Assembly: GCA_937911525.1 (NCBI GenBank)
Contig: CALDQK010000773.1
Coordinates: 1-43,616 of the forward strand
Direction: 5' to 3'
DNA: 43,616 nt
Source: an uncultured bacterium
GTDB lineage: Bacteria; Planctomycetota; J058
In this document: piece by piece, positions 1 through 9,707 of the stretch
Position numbering within the stretch: the first letter of the stretch is position 1
Layout of the letters: each line of letters opens with the position of its first letter
The notes under the pieces: model-generated
What the model was told of the DNA's origin: nothing
Seen by the model: the letters and a program-made list of their open reading frames with translations, nothing else
The model's database searches: none
Position numbers and translations under genes: made by a program

Positions 1-1
1 G

Positions 2-76
2 GGCAAGAAGAGGGCCGATCTCCGCCAGAACCTGAGCGCCATCGACGCCGCGCTCCCCGCCCGCGAGCCTCGCTAG
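2..76 (+). CDS. 3' end of an unidentified CDS entering from upstream of the window (partial)
   Basis: The frame is open from the window edge (GKKRADLRQNLSAIDAALPAREPR*). TAG at 74-76 overlaps the stop of the convergent gene (CTAG). Too short to assign a function. Confidence 0.25.
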   Translation, partial: GKKRADLRQNLSAIDAALPAREPR

Positions 77-1566
77 CTGACCTTGACTCGCTCCTGCGGC
101 TTATAGAGCCAGCCCTCGCGGTGGGCGGTCAGCAGCGCCTCGAGCACCTGCGGGTCGTAGGAGTCGGGGTCCCGCTGGGTGAGCAGGTTGACCGCCTCCT
201 TGGTGGCGAGGTCTTCGCCGCGGCTGGCGGACTCCTCGATCAGGAGGTCGAAGTCGTTGGCGACCGAGATGATCCGCGCCTCGAGGGGGATGTCCTCGCC
301 GCGCAGCTCGTCGGGGTATCCGGCGCCGTCCCAGCGCTCGCGGTGGTGGCGCACGGCAGGGACCAGGAAGGACATCCCTTGGATCTTGTCGAGCAGCTCG
401 CAGGCCAGCTCGATCCGCTTGGCGTCGATCTCGGCGTCCTCGTTGGCGGCCGCCGCCTCGGCGGGGTCCAGGAAGAGCAGGCCGATGTTGTGCAGGAGGG
501 CGGCCAGCTGCACGCGCCGGTTGCGGGCGCGCGAGAGGCCGAGGGCCTGGGCCAGCCCGGCGCAGTAGGTGGCGACCCGCTCCGAGTGGCCGCGCGAGAC
601 GGGGTCGCGGACCTCGATCGCGCGGACCAGGGCCGAGACCAGCTCGAGGTAGTTCTTCTCCTGGGCCAGCGAGAGCGTGATGCCCTGGACCGCCATGCCG
701 GCCTGAATGCCGACGGTGGTCACCAGCTCGAGGTCCTCGGTGCTGAAGGCCTGGCTGATCTTGGCGGTCGTGAGGTAGATCACGCCGCAGATCTGGTCCA
801 TCGCGACCAGAGGGGCGCAGATCACCGAGCGGATCCCCTTCATCACCACGCTGCCGCGGTTCTTGAAGCGGTCGTCGGTCGAGGCGTCGCTGGTCAGCAC
901 GCCGCGGTTGAACTTCAGCACGCGCTTGATGATCGCGCGGCTGACCATCGGGGCGTCCTTGCCCTTGCCGTCCTTCTCCCAGGACGCGGCCAGGGTCAGC
1001 TCACCGCGGTCCGGGTGCTTGATGAACATGTAGCCCTGGGCGGCGCCGACGGCGGTGGCTGCCAGCTTGACGACCTTCTTGGCCAGGCCCTTGATGTCGC
1101 GCTCGCTCGCGATCGTCTTGGCGACCTTGTAGAGCACCTGCAGGTCGCGCGACTCGTGCCCCTCCTCGACGGGGTCCGCCGCGAGGTCGTCCATCAGGTC
1201 GAGCTGGATCGTGGTCGTGGCGGCGATCTGGTCCAGGTTGCCGGGGACCGCCTTGGCCTGCGCGCGTCCGCTGGGGCGGCGGTCCTCGAAGGCGCACACC
1301 GTCGAGCCGATCTTGATCTCGTCGCCGAAGCGGAGCAGCTCCTCGGTGATCCGCTCCTCGTTCACGAAGCTGCCGTTGCGCGAGCCCAGGTCGCGAATGA
1401 AGTACATCTCGCCGATCCGGAAGATCTCGGCGTGACGCCGCGAGATCCCCTGATCGAGGATCTGCAGCCCGCCCGGGCTCTCGTCCCGACCGATGATCAG
1501 GTTGTCGTCCTTGAGCTCGATCTCGAGCCCACGCTGGGGCCCGTTCTTGACCCTGAGGATCGGCAT
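73..1566 (-). CDS. FHA - GAF - HD-GYP domain signalling protein (HD dyad degenerate)
   Basis: N-terminal FHA signature (IIGRD...ISRRHAEI...IRDLGSRNGSFVN). The central region is GAF-like. The C-terminus carries HSERV...LLHNIG...HHRERWDGAGYP, the HD-GYP signature with HD read as HN (codons at 487-492). Confidence 0.85.
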   Translation of the reverse strand: MPILRVKNGPQRGLEIELKDDNLIIGRDESPGGLQILDQGISRRHAEIFRIGEMYFIRDLGSRNGSFVNEERITEELLRFGDEIKIGSTVCAFEDRRPSGRAQAKAVPGNLDQIAATTTIQLDLMDDLAADPVEEGHESRDLQVLYKVAKTIASERDIKGLAKKVVKLAATAVGAAQGYMFIKHPDRGELTLAASWEKDGKGKDAPMVSRAIIKRVLKFNRGVLTSDASTDDRFKNRGSVVMKGIRSVICAPLVAMDQICGVIYLTTAKISQAFSTEDLELVTTVGIQAGMAVQGITLSLAQEKNYLELVSALVRAIEVRDPVSRGHSERVATYCAGLAQALGLSRARNRRVQLAALLHNIGLLFLDPAEAAAANEDAEIDAKRIELACELLDKIQGMSFLVPAVRHHRERWDGAGYPDELRGEDIPLEARIISVANDFDLLIEESASRGEDLATKEAVNLLTQRDPDSYDPQVLEALLTAHREGWLYKPQERVKVS

Positions 1567-1613
1567 ACCGCCTCCGTGAGGGGGGAGAGCTTAACCTCAG
1601 GCGCCCCTTGAGG

Positions 1614-2556
<943 letters not shown>

Positions 2557-2564
<8 letters not shown>

Positions 2565-3930
2565 AGCGGATCGCCTTGAGGGGGGGCTTGAGCGCGGCGA
2601 GCAGGCCCGGAACGATCGCGGCCGCGCTGCCGAGCAGGAGCGTGATCCCGAAGTTGACCAGGTTCTCCTCGAGCGAGAAGCGGACCGGGATCCGGTCGAG
2701 GTGATAGACCTCGGGCGGGAAGGGGTGCCAGCCCGTGTAGTAGTGCAGGTAGTCGGCGATCTCGTTGATGTTGGCGCCGAACCAGTAGCCGAACACCAGC
2801 CCCAAGAGCATGCCCAGGAGCGCGATCAGGAAGCCCTGGCCGACGAAGAGCAGGAGCACCCCTGTGCGGCTCGCTCCCACGGCTCTCAAGATCCCCAGCT
2901 CGCGCACCTTGCTGTGCACGGTCATGAACAGGACCAGGAAGATCGAGGCCGAGGCCGCGACGACGATCAGGATCGTCATCAGCTTGATCAGCAGGCGCTC
3001 CATCTTGACGGCCTTGAGCAGGTTCTGGTTGCGCTCCTCCCAGGTCAGGATGAAGAAGCCCGTCGCCTCGTCGCGGAGCGCGATCTTGCGCAAGGGTCCG
3101 TACTGGATCTCGCCGATCACGTCCTTCTTGGTCTGCTCCGCCTGCTTGTAGTCCTTGAGGCGCATCGACCAGCCGGTGACCCGGCCGGGGACCTTGATGA
3201 ACTCCTGGAGCGTCCGCAGCCCGGTCACGATCAGCCGGCGGTCGGTCTGGTGGTGCCCCGACTTGAACACGCCCACGACCTTGAACTTCTTGTCCTGCTC
3301 GACCTCGCCCTCGTCGCTGGCGGTCGTGAGCCGGATCGTGTCCCCCACGAAGAGCTTCCAGCGCTTCATGTAGTAGATCCCCACCACGCAGGTGGGCAGG
3401 TCGGGGTCCTCGGGGTCCCCGTCGACGAGCTTCTTGAGCACCTCGTCGGTGTTGGGGTCGTCGCTCATCTCGTTGGCGACGAGGTCGATCTCTTCCTTCT
3501 GCTCCGCGGTCCCGAGCCGGTAGTCGTTGCAGAGCTTGTAGGCCTCGCGCTCGGAGATGAAGAACTCGCGCAGCTTGGAGACGCGCTCCTCCTGCTCGGG
3601 GATGATCCCGCGCAGGAAGCAGTAGTCCATCTTCTTGAGGTGCTTGTCGATCGCGGGGTTCTCGAGGTAGGGCGCCGCCGCCTCGACGTTGTCCAGGCCC
3701 TCGAGGGCCTCCCGGATCCGGTCGTCGTCAGCGACCGAGAAGGGGATCGACCCGTAATAGACGAGGTCGCTGAGGGTTCCGCGCAAGCGCTTGTGAAACT
3801 CCTCCTGGAACCCCGACATGATCGAGGGGGCCACCACGAGGGCAGCCACCGCCGCGCCCAACACGAGCACGGCGACGAAGGAGAGGATCCGGCGCGACAT
3901 GTAGCGCCAGGTGAGGAAGAACTTGTACAT
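2557..3930 (-). CDS. LolC/LolE-family (FtsX-type) ABC transporter permease
   Basis: N-terminal TM helix, a large periplasmic (MacB-PCD-like) region, then three C-terminal TM helices with the FtsX-type motif ELGILRAVGASR. Operonic with the ATPase gene. Confidence 0.8.
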
Positions 3931-4041
3931 GCGTCCTGACCGCGAAGCGGCGAATCGTAGGGGTGGCTCCCGATGCTCGCAACCCTCGACCCCCCCGCGA
4001 GGTGCGGGATTCGAAGCGAAATGGCTCGGGCATCGGGGCGC

Positions 4042-5988
4042 TCAGCGCCGTCTGAGGGGGAGCAGGCGCACCTCGTTGCCGTAGCAGCTCAAGGCCACCT
4101 GCGGCGGCTCGCTCTGGAGGAGCACCATGGCCGCCGGGAAGGAGCGGCCGGGTCCCTTGCGATAGGGGCGGATCGGAGCGATGAGCTGCCGCGTCTCGAG
4201 GCTCCACAGCCGCAGCGAGCCCTCCTCGTTGGAGCGCGACGAGCTGAGGCTGACGAGCTCTCGTCCCCCGGGTAGCAGGGCCATGGCAGCGATGGTGTGG
4301 ACATGCGCCGCCTCTTCGCCTGGGATTCGCGCGGCGAAGGGCTGGAAGGTCCCCTCGGCGCGGAGCTGCCAGTCCGTCAGGCGCCCCCCTGGGTCGTAGC
4401 GGCGGATGCGTCCGGCGGTGTCCCCGACGAGCAGCCCGCCATCAGGCAAGGCCAAGAGGACGCGCGCGCGCGGCACGTGCTCCACGGACCCTCTCGGCTC
4501 GAGCGAGGGCCAGGCCAGGCGGGTCAGCCAGGTGCGGTTCGAGCGGGACTCGATCAGGACGACCTCGTCCTCGCGGAAGGCCAGCGCCTCGACGCCGCCG
4601 GTCAGCGAACGCCTGGCGGTGATCTTCTTCACCGATGTGTCGTAGACCGAGGCCTTGCGCAAGCTCCCGCTGAAGAGGTAGCCCCCTCGCCATGCGAGGG
4701 TCCCGCCCGGCGCCTGGAAGTCGTGGAGGAGGTCATGGGTCTCGAGGTCGAGGCAGAGCGCCTCGCCGGGATCGTGCGGCTCTCCTTCGCGCTTGGTGGG
4801 GACCGCGAGGCGGCGCCCGTCCTCGGAGAGCTCGGCGCGGCGGGCCCCCACCGCAACCGGGAAGGGGTGGGGCGGCCCGATGGTGCCCTCAGCAGTGAGC
4901 GCTCGGTATCGCTTGGGGTCGAGGCAGAGGAGTTCGGCGCCGCGGGCGATGAGCCGTCGATAGTGGTCGGAGGTGTAGGCCTCCGGCATCCGCAACACCT
5001 GCTCCTCGCCCCAGGTGTAGCCCGCCGCGGACGGCGCGGGGCTCGACTTGGGGCTGGCGGGCGACCTCGTTGGGGTAGGTGAGGGGTTCGCAGCAGGGTG
5101 CGGGCCTGCGCTGGGCCAGGCGAGGAGCGCGCCTCCCGCCAGGGCGACCAAGAGCGCGCCGCCCGCTGCGGCGAGCGGCCAGGTGCGCGAAGGGGCCGGC
5201 GCGCGCAGCGCGGCGAGGAGCGCCTCGCCCAGGGCTGAAGCCGGCGGGCGGCGCAGCGCGGGATCCCGCGCCATCAGGCTGCGCCCGACTCCGACCAGGG
5301 GACCAGGGAGGCTCGCGCTCCAGCGCGCCTCCTCCTCGACGACCTGGTGGAGGACCGCCAGCGCGGAGGCGCCCTCATGGGGTGGCCGACCGTGCAGGCA
5401 GGCGAAGAGGAGGGCCCCCAGCGCGTAGAGGTCGGTCGCCGGCGAGGCCTTCTCCCCCAGCGCCTGCTCGGGCGCCATGTAGGCCGGCGTCCCCAACAAG
5501 GCACCCGTCTCGGTCAACGAGCGGGCGTCGAGCTCACGCGCGAGGCCGAAGTCGAGGAGCACCGGGGTGCCCCCGTCGCGGAGGAGCACGTTCTCGGGCT
5601 TCAGGTCGCGGTGCACGATCCCGGCCTCGTGCAAGGCAGCCACGCCGGCCGCGACGCCCGAGACGACCTCGACCGCTGCGGCGGGGGCGAGCGGACCAAG
5701 GCGCAGCCGGTCTGCCAGGGACTCGCCCTCGATGAGCTCCATCACCAGGTAGGGGCCCGCATCAGAGCGGCCCAGCTCGTGGATCTCGATCACGTTGCGC
5801 TGCCGGACGCGCGCCAGGAGCTCGGCCTCACGTCCGAAGCGCAGCAGGGCTTCGCCGTCGGCGGCGCCGGCCAGGACCTGCTTGAGCGCGACCCGCCGAC
5901 CCAGGCGCGTGTCCAGAGCCTGATAGACGACCCCCATTCCGCCGCGGCCCAGCTCGCGCTCCAGCGTGTAGGGGCCGATCTGCTTCAC
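4042..5988 (-). CDS. Ser/Thr protein kinase with TM helix and C-terminal beta-propeller-like repeats
   Basis: Hanks motifs are present: GRGGMGVVY, ALK, HRDLKPENVLL, DFGLA, GTPAYMAPE. A Pro/Ser-rich linker and a hydrophobic segment follow. The C-terminus has WD40-like strand patterns (LRLWSLETRQ). Confidence 0.9.
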   Translation of the reverse strand: MKQIGPYTLERELGRGGMGVVYQALDTRLGRRVALKQVLAGAADGEALLRFGREAELLARVRQRNVIEIHELGRSDAGPYLVMELIEGESLADRLRLGPLAPAAAVEVVSGVAAGVAALHEAGIVHRDLKPENVLLRDGGTPVLLDFGLARELDARSLTETGALLGTPAYMAPEQALGEKASPATDLYALGALLFACLHGRPPHEGASALAVLHQVVEEEARWSASLPGPLVGVGRSLMARDPALRRPPASALGEALLAALRAPAPSRTWPLAAAGGALLVALAGGALLAWPSAGPHPAANPSPTPTRSPASPKSSPAPSAAGYTWGEEQVLRMPEAYTSDHYRRLIARGAELLCLDPKRYRALTAEGTIGPPHPFPVAVGARRAELSEDGRRLAVPTKREGEPHDPGEALCLDLETHDLLHDFQAPGGTLAWRGGYLFSGSLRKASVYDTSVKKITARRSLTGGVEALAFREDEVVLIESRSNRTWLTRLAWPSLEPRGSVEHVPRARVLLALPDGGLLVGDTAGRIRRYDPGGRLTDWQLRAEGTFQPFAARIPGEEAAHVHTIAAMALLPGGRELVSLSSSRSNEEGSLRLWSLETRQLIAPIRPYRKGPGRSFPAAMVLLQSEPPQVALSCYGNEVRLLPLRRR

Positions 5989-6006
5989 GGGGCAAGCATA
6001 GTCGCC

Positions 6007-8049
6007 TCAGGGGCTGCGCGCCTCGACCCGGACGCGGTAGATGCCACCGCCGTAGCGACCGACGGCCACCGAGGTCCCGTCCCAGGGGGCCATGCGCACG
6101 GCGGCGAGGCCGGTTCCCGGGAAGAGCTCGAGGCGAGTCAGCTCGCTCAGCGCCTCGAGGTCCCACAGCCCCAACTCGGCCACGTCCTCTCGCGCCCCCG
6201 CGAGGCTGACCAGGCGACCCCCAGGGAGCAAGGCCAGCGCGCCCACGCCGTGGCGGTGAGCTCGCCGGGGGCTGGCCTGCGCGAACCCGGTCAAGCGCGT
6301 GGGGAGGGGCGTCGCCGGGTCGAAGTAGCGGAACTCCCCGAGGTCGGGCGCGACGCGAATCAGGCAGCCGTCCCCCAGTCCCAGGACCACGCGATCGTCG
6401 GGGAGCGAGAGGGAGCAGACCACCCTCGAGGCTGGCAAGTCGAGGGTCGCTCGCCCGGCGAGGCTCTCCAAATCGAGCAGGACGAGCTGGGTCCTGGTCT
6501 GCAGCGTCGTCTCCCGGATCGCGATGACCCACCCGCGGCGGGTCCGCAGGATCGCGTCCACATGAGCGCCGATGTCGCGCGCACGCAGGACCGGCTCCCC
6601 CCAGGCCGCGTCGAGCCGGGAGAGGAGCAGGCGAGAGCCCTTCGCGACGAGGACCCTCTCCCCTGCGAGCGCGAAGACCTGGCCAATGATGCTGGGCTGC
6701 TTGCTGCTCCGGCCGGTCTCGGGATCGATGGCGCTCGCCGGTTCGCCGTCGACGTAGGAGGGCACGACGGCGCGCCCTCCGCGGGCGTCGAACCTCGCGT
6801 GGCGCAGGCCCAGCTTGGGCTCGCCGAGGAGGCGGCGCGGCGGCTGACCGCTGCGGAGCAGGACCAGTTGACCGGTCCTGAGATAGCCCAGGAGCCCTCC
6901 AGGAACGCCGAACACTTCCGCGACATCCTGATCCTGGGCGAGCTCGAAGTGATAGAGCTCGTCGTCGAGCGTGAGCCTCAGGGCGGCGCTGGGAGCGCGC
7001 GTGCTGGGGGCGGCCCGAGGCGTCCCCGCGGGAGCGCGCTGGGGCGAGGGCGAAGGCGAAGGGCTCGCTGACAGGTCCGCTGCAGGGCCGCTCTGCGGTC
7101 CCAGCAGCGCGATGGCCGCCAGCAAGACCAGCGCTGCGAAGGGGGGCCAGCTCGGCCGCTCGCTCGGAGACTCCTGACCCCATGCCCCCTGACCCGGAGT
7201 TCTCTGACCCAGAGCCTCGTGACCCAGAGCCTCCGCCAAGGCAGCGGCGGTGGGTCTCAGGGGGCGCTCTCGCTGCAAGCAGCTGCGCCCGATCCGCTCC
7301 AGCTCAGGATCCGAGCGCGCGGACCACTCCGGCGGCCCCTCGTTGACGGCCGCCAGGATCGCCAGGGCGGTGGCTCCCTGATAGGGCGCGTGACCGTGCA
7401 GGCAGGCGTAGAGCAACGCGCCCAGGCCGTAGACATCGGTCTCGGGTCCCAGGGGCTTCTCGCCGCGCGCCTGCTCAGGGGCCATGTAGGCCGGGGTGCC
7501 GAGGATCGCGCCGGTCTCGGTCAGGGACTTGGCGTCCAGCTCGCGAGCGAGCCCGAAGTCCAGCAAGACGGGGGTGACCCCGTCGCGCAGCAGGACGTTC
7601 TCAGGCTTGAGGTCGCGGTGGACGACGCCCGCCGCGTGGAGCGCCGCGACGCCCGCGCTGAGCTCCCGCAGCAGCCGACGCGCCTCCGCCGCCGGCAGAG
7701 GTCCGCGGCGCAGGCGCTCAGCGAGGGACTCGCCCTCGACTAGCTCCGTCACGAGGTAGGGACCGGCCTCGGAGTGGCCCAGCTCGTGGATCTCGATCAG
7801 GTTCGGGTGGCGAACTCGGGCGAGGAGCTCGGCTTCGCGGGCGAAGCGGAGCAGGGCCTCGCCCTGACCAGGCCCCGCCAGGACCTGCTTGAGCGCGATC
7901 CGCCGCCCCAGGCGCGGGTCGAAGGCCTCGTAGACGACGCCCATTCCCCCGCGTCCGAGCTCTCGCTCCACTCGATAGGGCCCGATCTCGCGCACCCAGG
8001 AAGCATAGGCGAATCGAAGTGCCGGCGAGCCCGTCCGTCTCGACAGCAT
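6007..8049 (-). CDS. Ser/Thr protein kinase, tandem paralogue of 4042-5988, with C-terminal beta-propeller-like repeats
   Basis: It carries the same Hanks motifs, and its kinase domain is near-collinear with the neighbouring kinase. An alternative in-frame GTG start at 7995 (VREIGPYRV) would match the paralogue's N-terminus better than the 8049 start. Confidence 0.85.
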   Translation of the reverse strand: MLSRRTGSPALRFAYASWVREIGPYRVERELGRGGMGVVYEAFDPRLGRRIALKQVLAGPGQGEALLRFAREAELLARVRHPNLIEIHELGHSEAGPYLVTELVEGESLAERLRRGPLPAAEARRLLRELSAGVAALHAAGVVHRDLKPENVLLRDGVTPVLLDFGLARELDAKSLTETGAILGTPAYMAPEQARGEKPLGPETDVYGLGALLYACLHGHAPYQGATALAILAAVNEGPPEWSARSDPELERIGRSCLQRERPLRPTAAALAEALGHEALGQRTPGQGAWGQESPSERPSWPPFAALVLLAAIALLGPQSGPAADLSASPSPSPSPQRAPAGTPRAAPSTRAPSAALRLTLDDELYHFELAQDQDVAEVFGVPGGLLGYLRTGQLVLLRSGQPPRRLLGEPKLGLRHARFDARGGRAVVPSYVDGEPASAIDPETGRSSKQPSIIGQVFALAGERVLVAKGSRLLLSRLDAAWGEPVLRARDIGAHVDAILRTRRGWVIAIRETTLQTRTQLVLLDLESLAGRATLDLPASRVVCSLSLPDDRVVLGLGDGCLIRVAPDLGEFRYFDPATPLPTRLTGFAQASPRRAHRHGVGALALLPGGRLVSLAGAREDVAELGLWDLEALSELTRLELFPGTGLAAVRMAPWDGTSVAVGRYGGGIYRVRVEARSP

Positions 8050-8246
8050 CCCTCGACAGCGGGGTCACTCGGGTGAACCTTGACGGCGGTGGGTGTCGGA
8101 CCCCTTGACCACGCTCCAGATTCTTGGGGCAGGGGCTAAAGGGATGGACCCCGACGCGCCGAGGAGAAGAAGCGGGGGAGCCCTGCCCGTGGGTGAGTGA
8201 GCGGGCAGGACTCGAAGTGAGCGAAGTGCTCGATTGGAGCGGAGTG

Positions 8247-8423
8247 ATGGGTGAGCAGCGGAAGCGTCTAGAAGAGTCAGCGCGGGTCTTGCGGGTGCGC
8301 TTGAGCGACCTGCAGCGCAAGCGCGTCAGTGAGCACGAGCGGCCCATGCACGAGGTCGCCCTCGCGGCCGTGCGGACCGCGTTGACCGACGTCGGTCAGC
8401 AGCTGACTCGGATCGCGGGCTAG
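8247..8423 (+). CDS. small hypothetical helical protein (58 aa)
   Basis: ATG preceded by GGAGCGGAG. The product is a charged helical peptide. Codon usage is less GC3-biased than in neighbouring genes and I recognise no homology. The longer 8124 start is unsupported. Confidence 0.25.
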   Translation: MGEQRKRLEESARVLRVRLSDLQRKRVSEHERPMHEVALAAVRTALTDVGQQLTRIAG

Positions 8424-8454
8424 CCGCGACCAGCGAACAGACCCGGGGACCCGT

Positions 8455-8835
8455 CTAGACGGGCGGGTCCTCCCAGCGCTCGATCTTGAGCGGGACGTCC
8501 CGCTCGCTGATCCGGCGCACCATGCGGTCGACCAGCTGAGGCCGGTGCAGGCGCGCCTGCTCCTCCAGGACGAGCTTGCCGTCCGCGACGGCCACGTCGA
8601 TCAGGCCGTCGATCAGCAGGATCGCCTCGGCGTCCGAGTCGCCTAGCTCCATGCCCTCGACCTCACGGCCCTGGGTCTCGAGGGTCGCGGCGTCCAGCTC
8701 GCTGAGGCCGAAGTCCTCCCGGTAGCGGTCGAGGACCTCTCGCTCCTGGTCGGCGAGCTCGTCGTCGCACCAGGCCATGAAGCTCAGCAGGCGGTAGACC
8801 CGCTTCTGTCCCTCGCGGTCGACCTCGTCGCTCAC
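8455..8835 (-). CDS. TerB-like (tellurite-resistance TerB / DjlA N-terminal-type) domain protein
   Basis: GTG start with AAGGAGG 6 nt upstream. Two acidic helical repeats of the TerB pattern are present (WCDDELADQEREVL and VADGKLVLEEQARL). Confidence 0.5.
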   Translation of the reverse strand: MSDEVDREGQKRVYRLLSFMAWCDDELADQEREVLDRYREDFGLSELDAATLETQGREVEGMELGDSDAEAILLIDGLIDVAVADGKLVLEEQARLHRPQLVDRMVRRISERDVPLKIERWEDPPV

Positions 8836-8904
8836 AGGCGCCTCCTTGGGCGGCAGAGTAGCCGCTCTCGAGGCGAGCGCAAGGTGGCCCGTGAGGGACA
8901 GGAT

Positions 8905-9597
8905 TCAGAAGCGGAAGCCCAGACCAAGGCGAGCCTCGAAGCCGGTGTAGTCCGCCATGACTCGGGTGGCTCCGCTACCGCTGCCGTTCTCTCCTCGCAG
9001 CTCGAAGGCCGTCGCGCGGAAGAATCGTCCTTCGGCGAAGAGGAAGAGCCCGAAGTCGAAGGCATACTCGACGCCGACCATCGCCTGATAGGCGAAGCCG
9101 TTGTCGTCGAAGCCGCTCTCGACGCCGGGGGTCAGCTCGAGGTCGAGGTCGATCTCCTCGACGAAGCCCAGGCCGAAGCCTACGTAGGGCCGCAGCGGCC
9201 CCCCCGTGTCGAAGCGGTAGTAGATGTTGGCCATGAAGATCAGCGAGGCGAAGTCCCCTTCGTCTGCGGAGAGCTGATTGCCCGAGCGGTAGCGCGAGAG
9301 GGTCGTGCGCCGGTAGGTCAGCTCGATCTCGGCCGAGAAGTCGCCGAGGAAGCGGACTCCGACCGCCCCGCTGTAGGCCAACCCGCTCTCGTAGCGACCG
9401 ATCCCCCGTCGCCGCCCGATCCCCGGCGTCTCGAGGTCGATGTCTCCCTGGAGCAGCGTGTTGATCCCAGCGCTGAGCTTGAACTCCAGCTGCCAGTCGT
9501 CTTGCTCCTTCGCCTCGCCCTGCGCGCTGGCTGGGGCTGCGAACACGATTGCCAAGAGCGGCACCAGGCCGAGCGTGAGCGCGACGCTTCGAGTCAT
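8905..9597 (-). CDS. outer-membrane beta-barrel protein (OmpW/OmpA-barrel-like), with signal peptide
   Basis: Only the last 230 aa of track ORF 8905-10617 are credible. ATG at 9595-9597 has AAGGAGG upstream. The signal peptide ends at ASA-QGE. The sequence shows an alternating amphipathic strand pattern, aromatic girdle residues and a terminal Phe (LGFRF). Confidence 0.75.
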   Translation of the reverse strand: MTRSVALTLGLVPLLAIVFAAPASAQGEAKEQDDWQLEFKLSAGINTLLQGDIDLETPGIGRRRGIGRYESGLAYSGAVGVRFLGDFSAEIELTYRRTTLSRYRSGNQLSADEGDFASLIFMANIYYRFDTGGPLRPYVGFGLGFVEEIDLDLELTPGVESGFDDNGFAYQAMVGVEYAFDFGLFLFAEGRFFRATAFELRGENGSGSGATRVMADYTGFEARLGLGFRF

Positions 9598-9625
9598 TCG
9601 AGTCCTCCTTGCTGGAGGACCCAGA

Positions 9626-9640
9626 ACAAGCCGAGGGCCA
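9626..9640 (-). promoter_or_regulatory. candidate sigma-54 (-24/-12) promoter for the barrel gene
   Basis: The minus strand reads TGGCCC-tcggc-TTGT with the correct GG-N10-G spacing, 28 nt upstream of the ATG. The -12 element is GT rather than the canonical GC. Confidence 0.3.
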
Positions 9641-9666
9641 GGGCTAACTCGTTTAGCGCCAGCGGC

Positions 9667-9707
9667 TGCACCCGTCGGAGTGCAAGGAGCTGCAGGGCAG
9701 CGTGCAG
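9667..9707. promoter_or_regulatory. two adjacent dyad repeats, candidate enhancer (UAS) sites
   Basis: TGCAC-N8-GTGCA lies at 9667-9684 and CTGCA-N8-TGCAG at 9690-9707, with centres 23 bp apart. They sit between the stop of the NtrC-like gene and the candidate -24/-12 element. Confidence 0.3.

Noticed and set aside
121-1611. 496-aa plus-strand ORF antisense to the FHA-GAF-HD-GYP gene
   Set aside because: Its Arg/Gly/Ala/Leu/Val-rich composition has no motifs. It is the mirror frame of a gene with clear domain signatures, which is typical shadow-ORF behaviour in high-GC DNA.
5347-7183. Long ORFs (5347-7071 +, 5828-7183 -) across the two kinase genes
   Set aside because: These are off-frame or antisense to ORFs carrying complete Hanks kinase motifs. 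Their products are Arg/Pro/Gly-rich low-complexity sequence.
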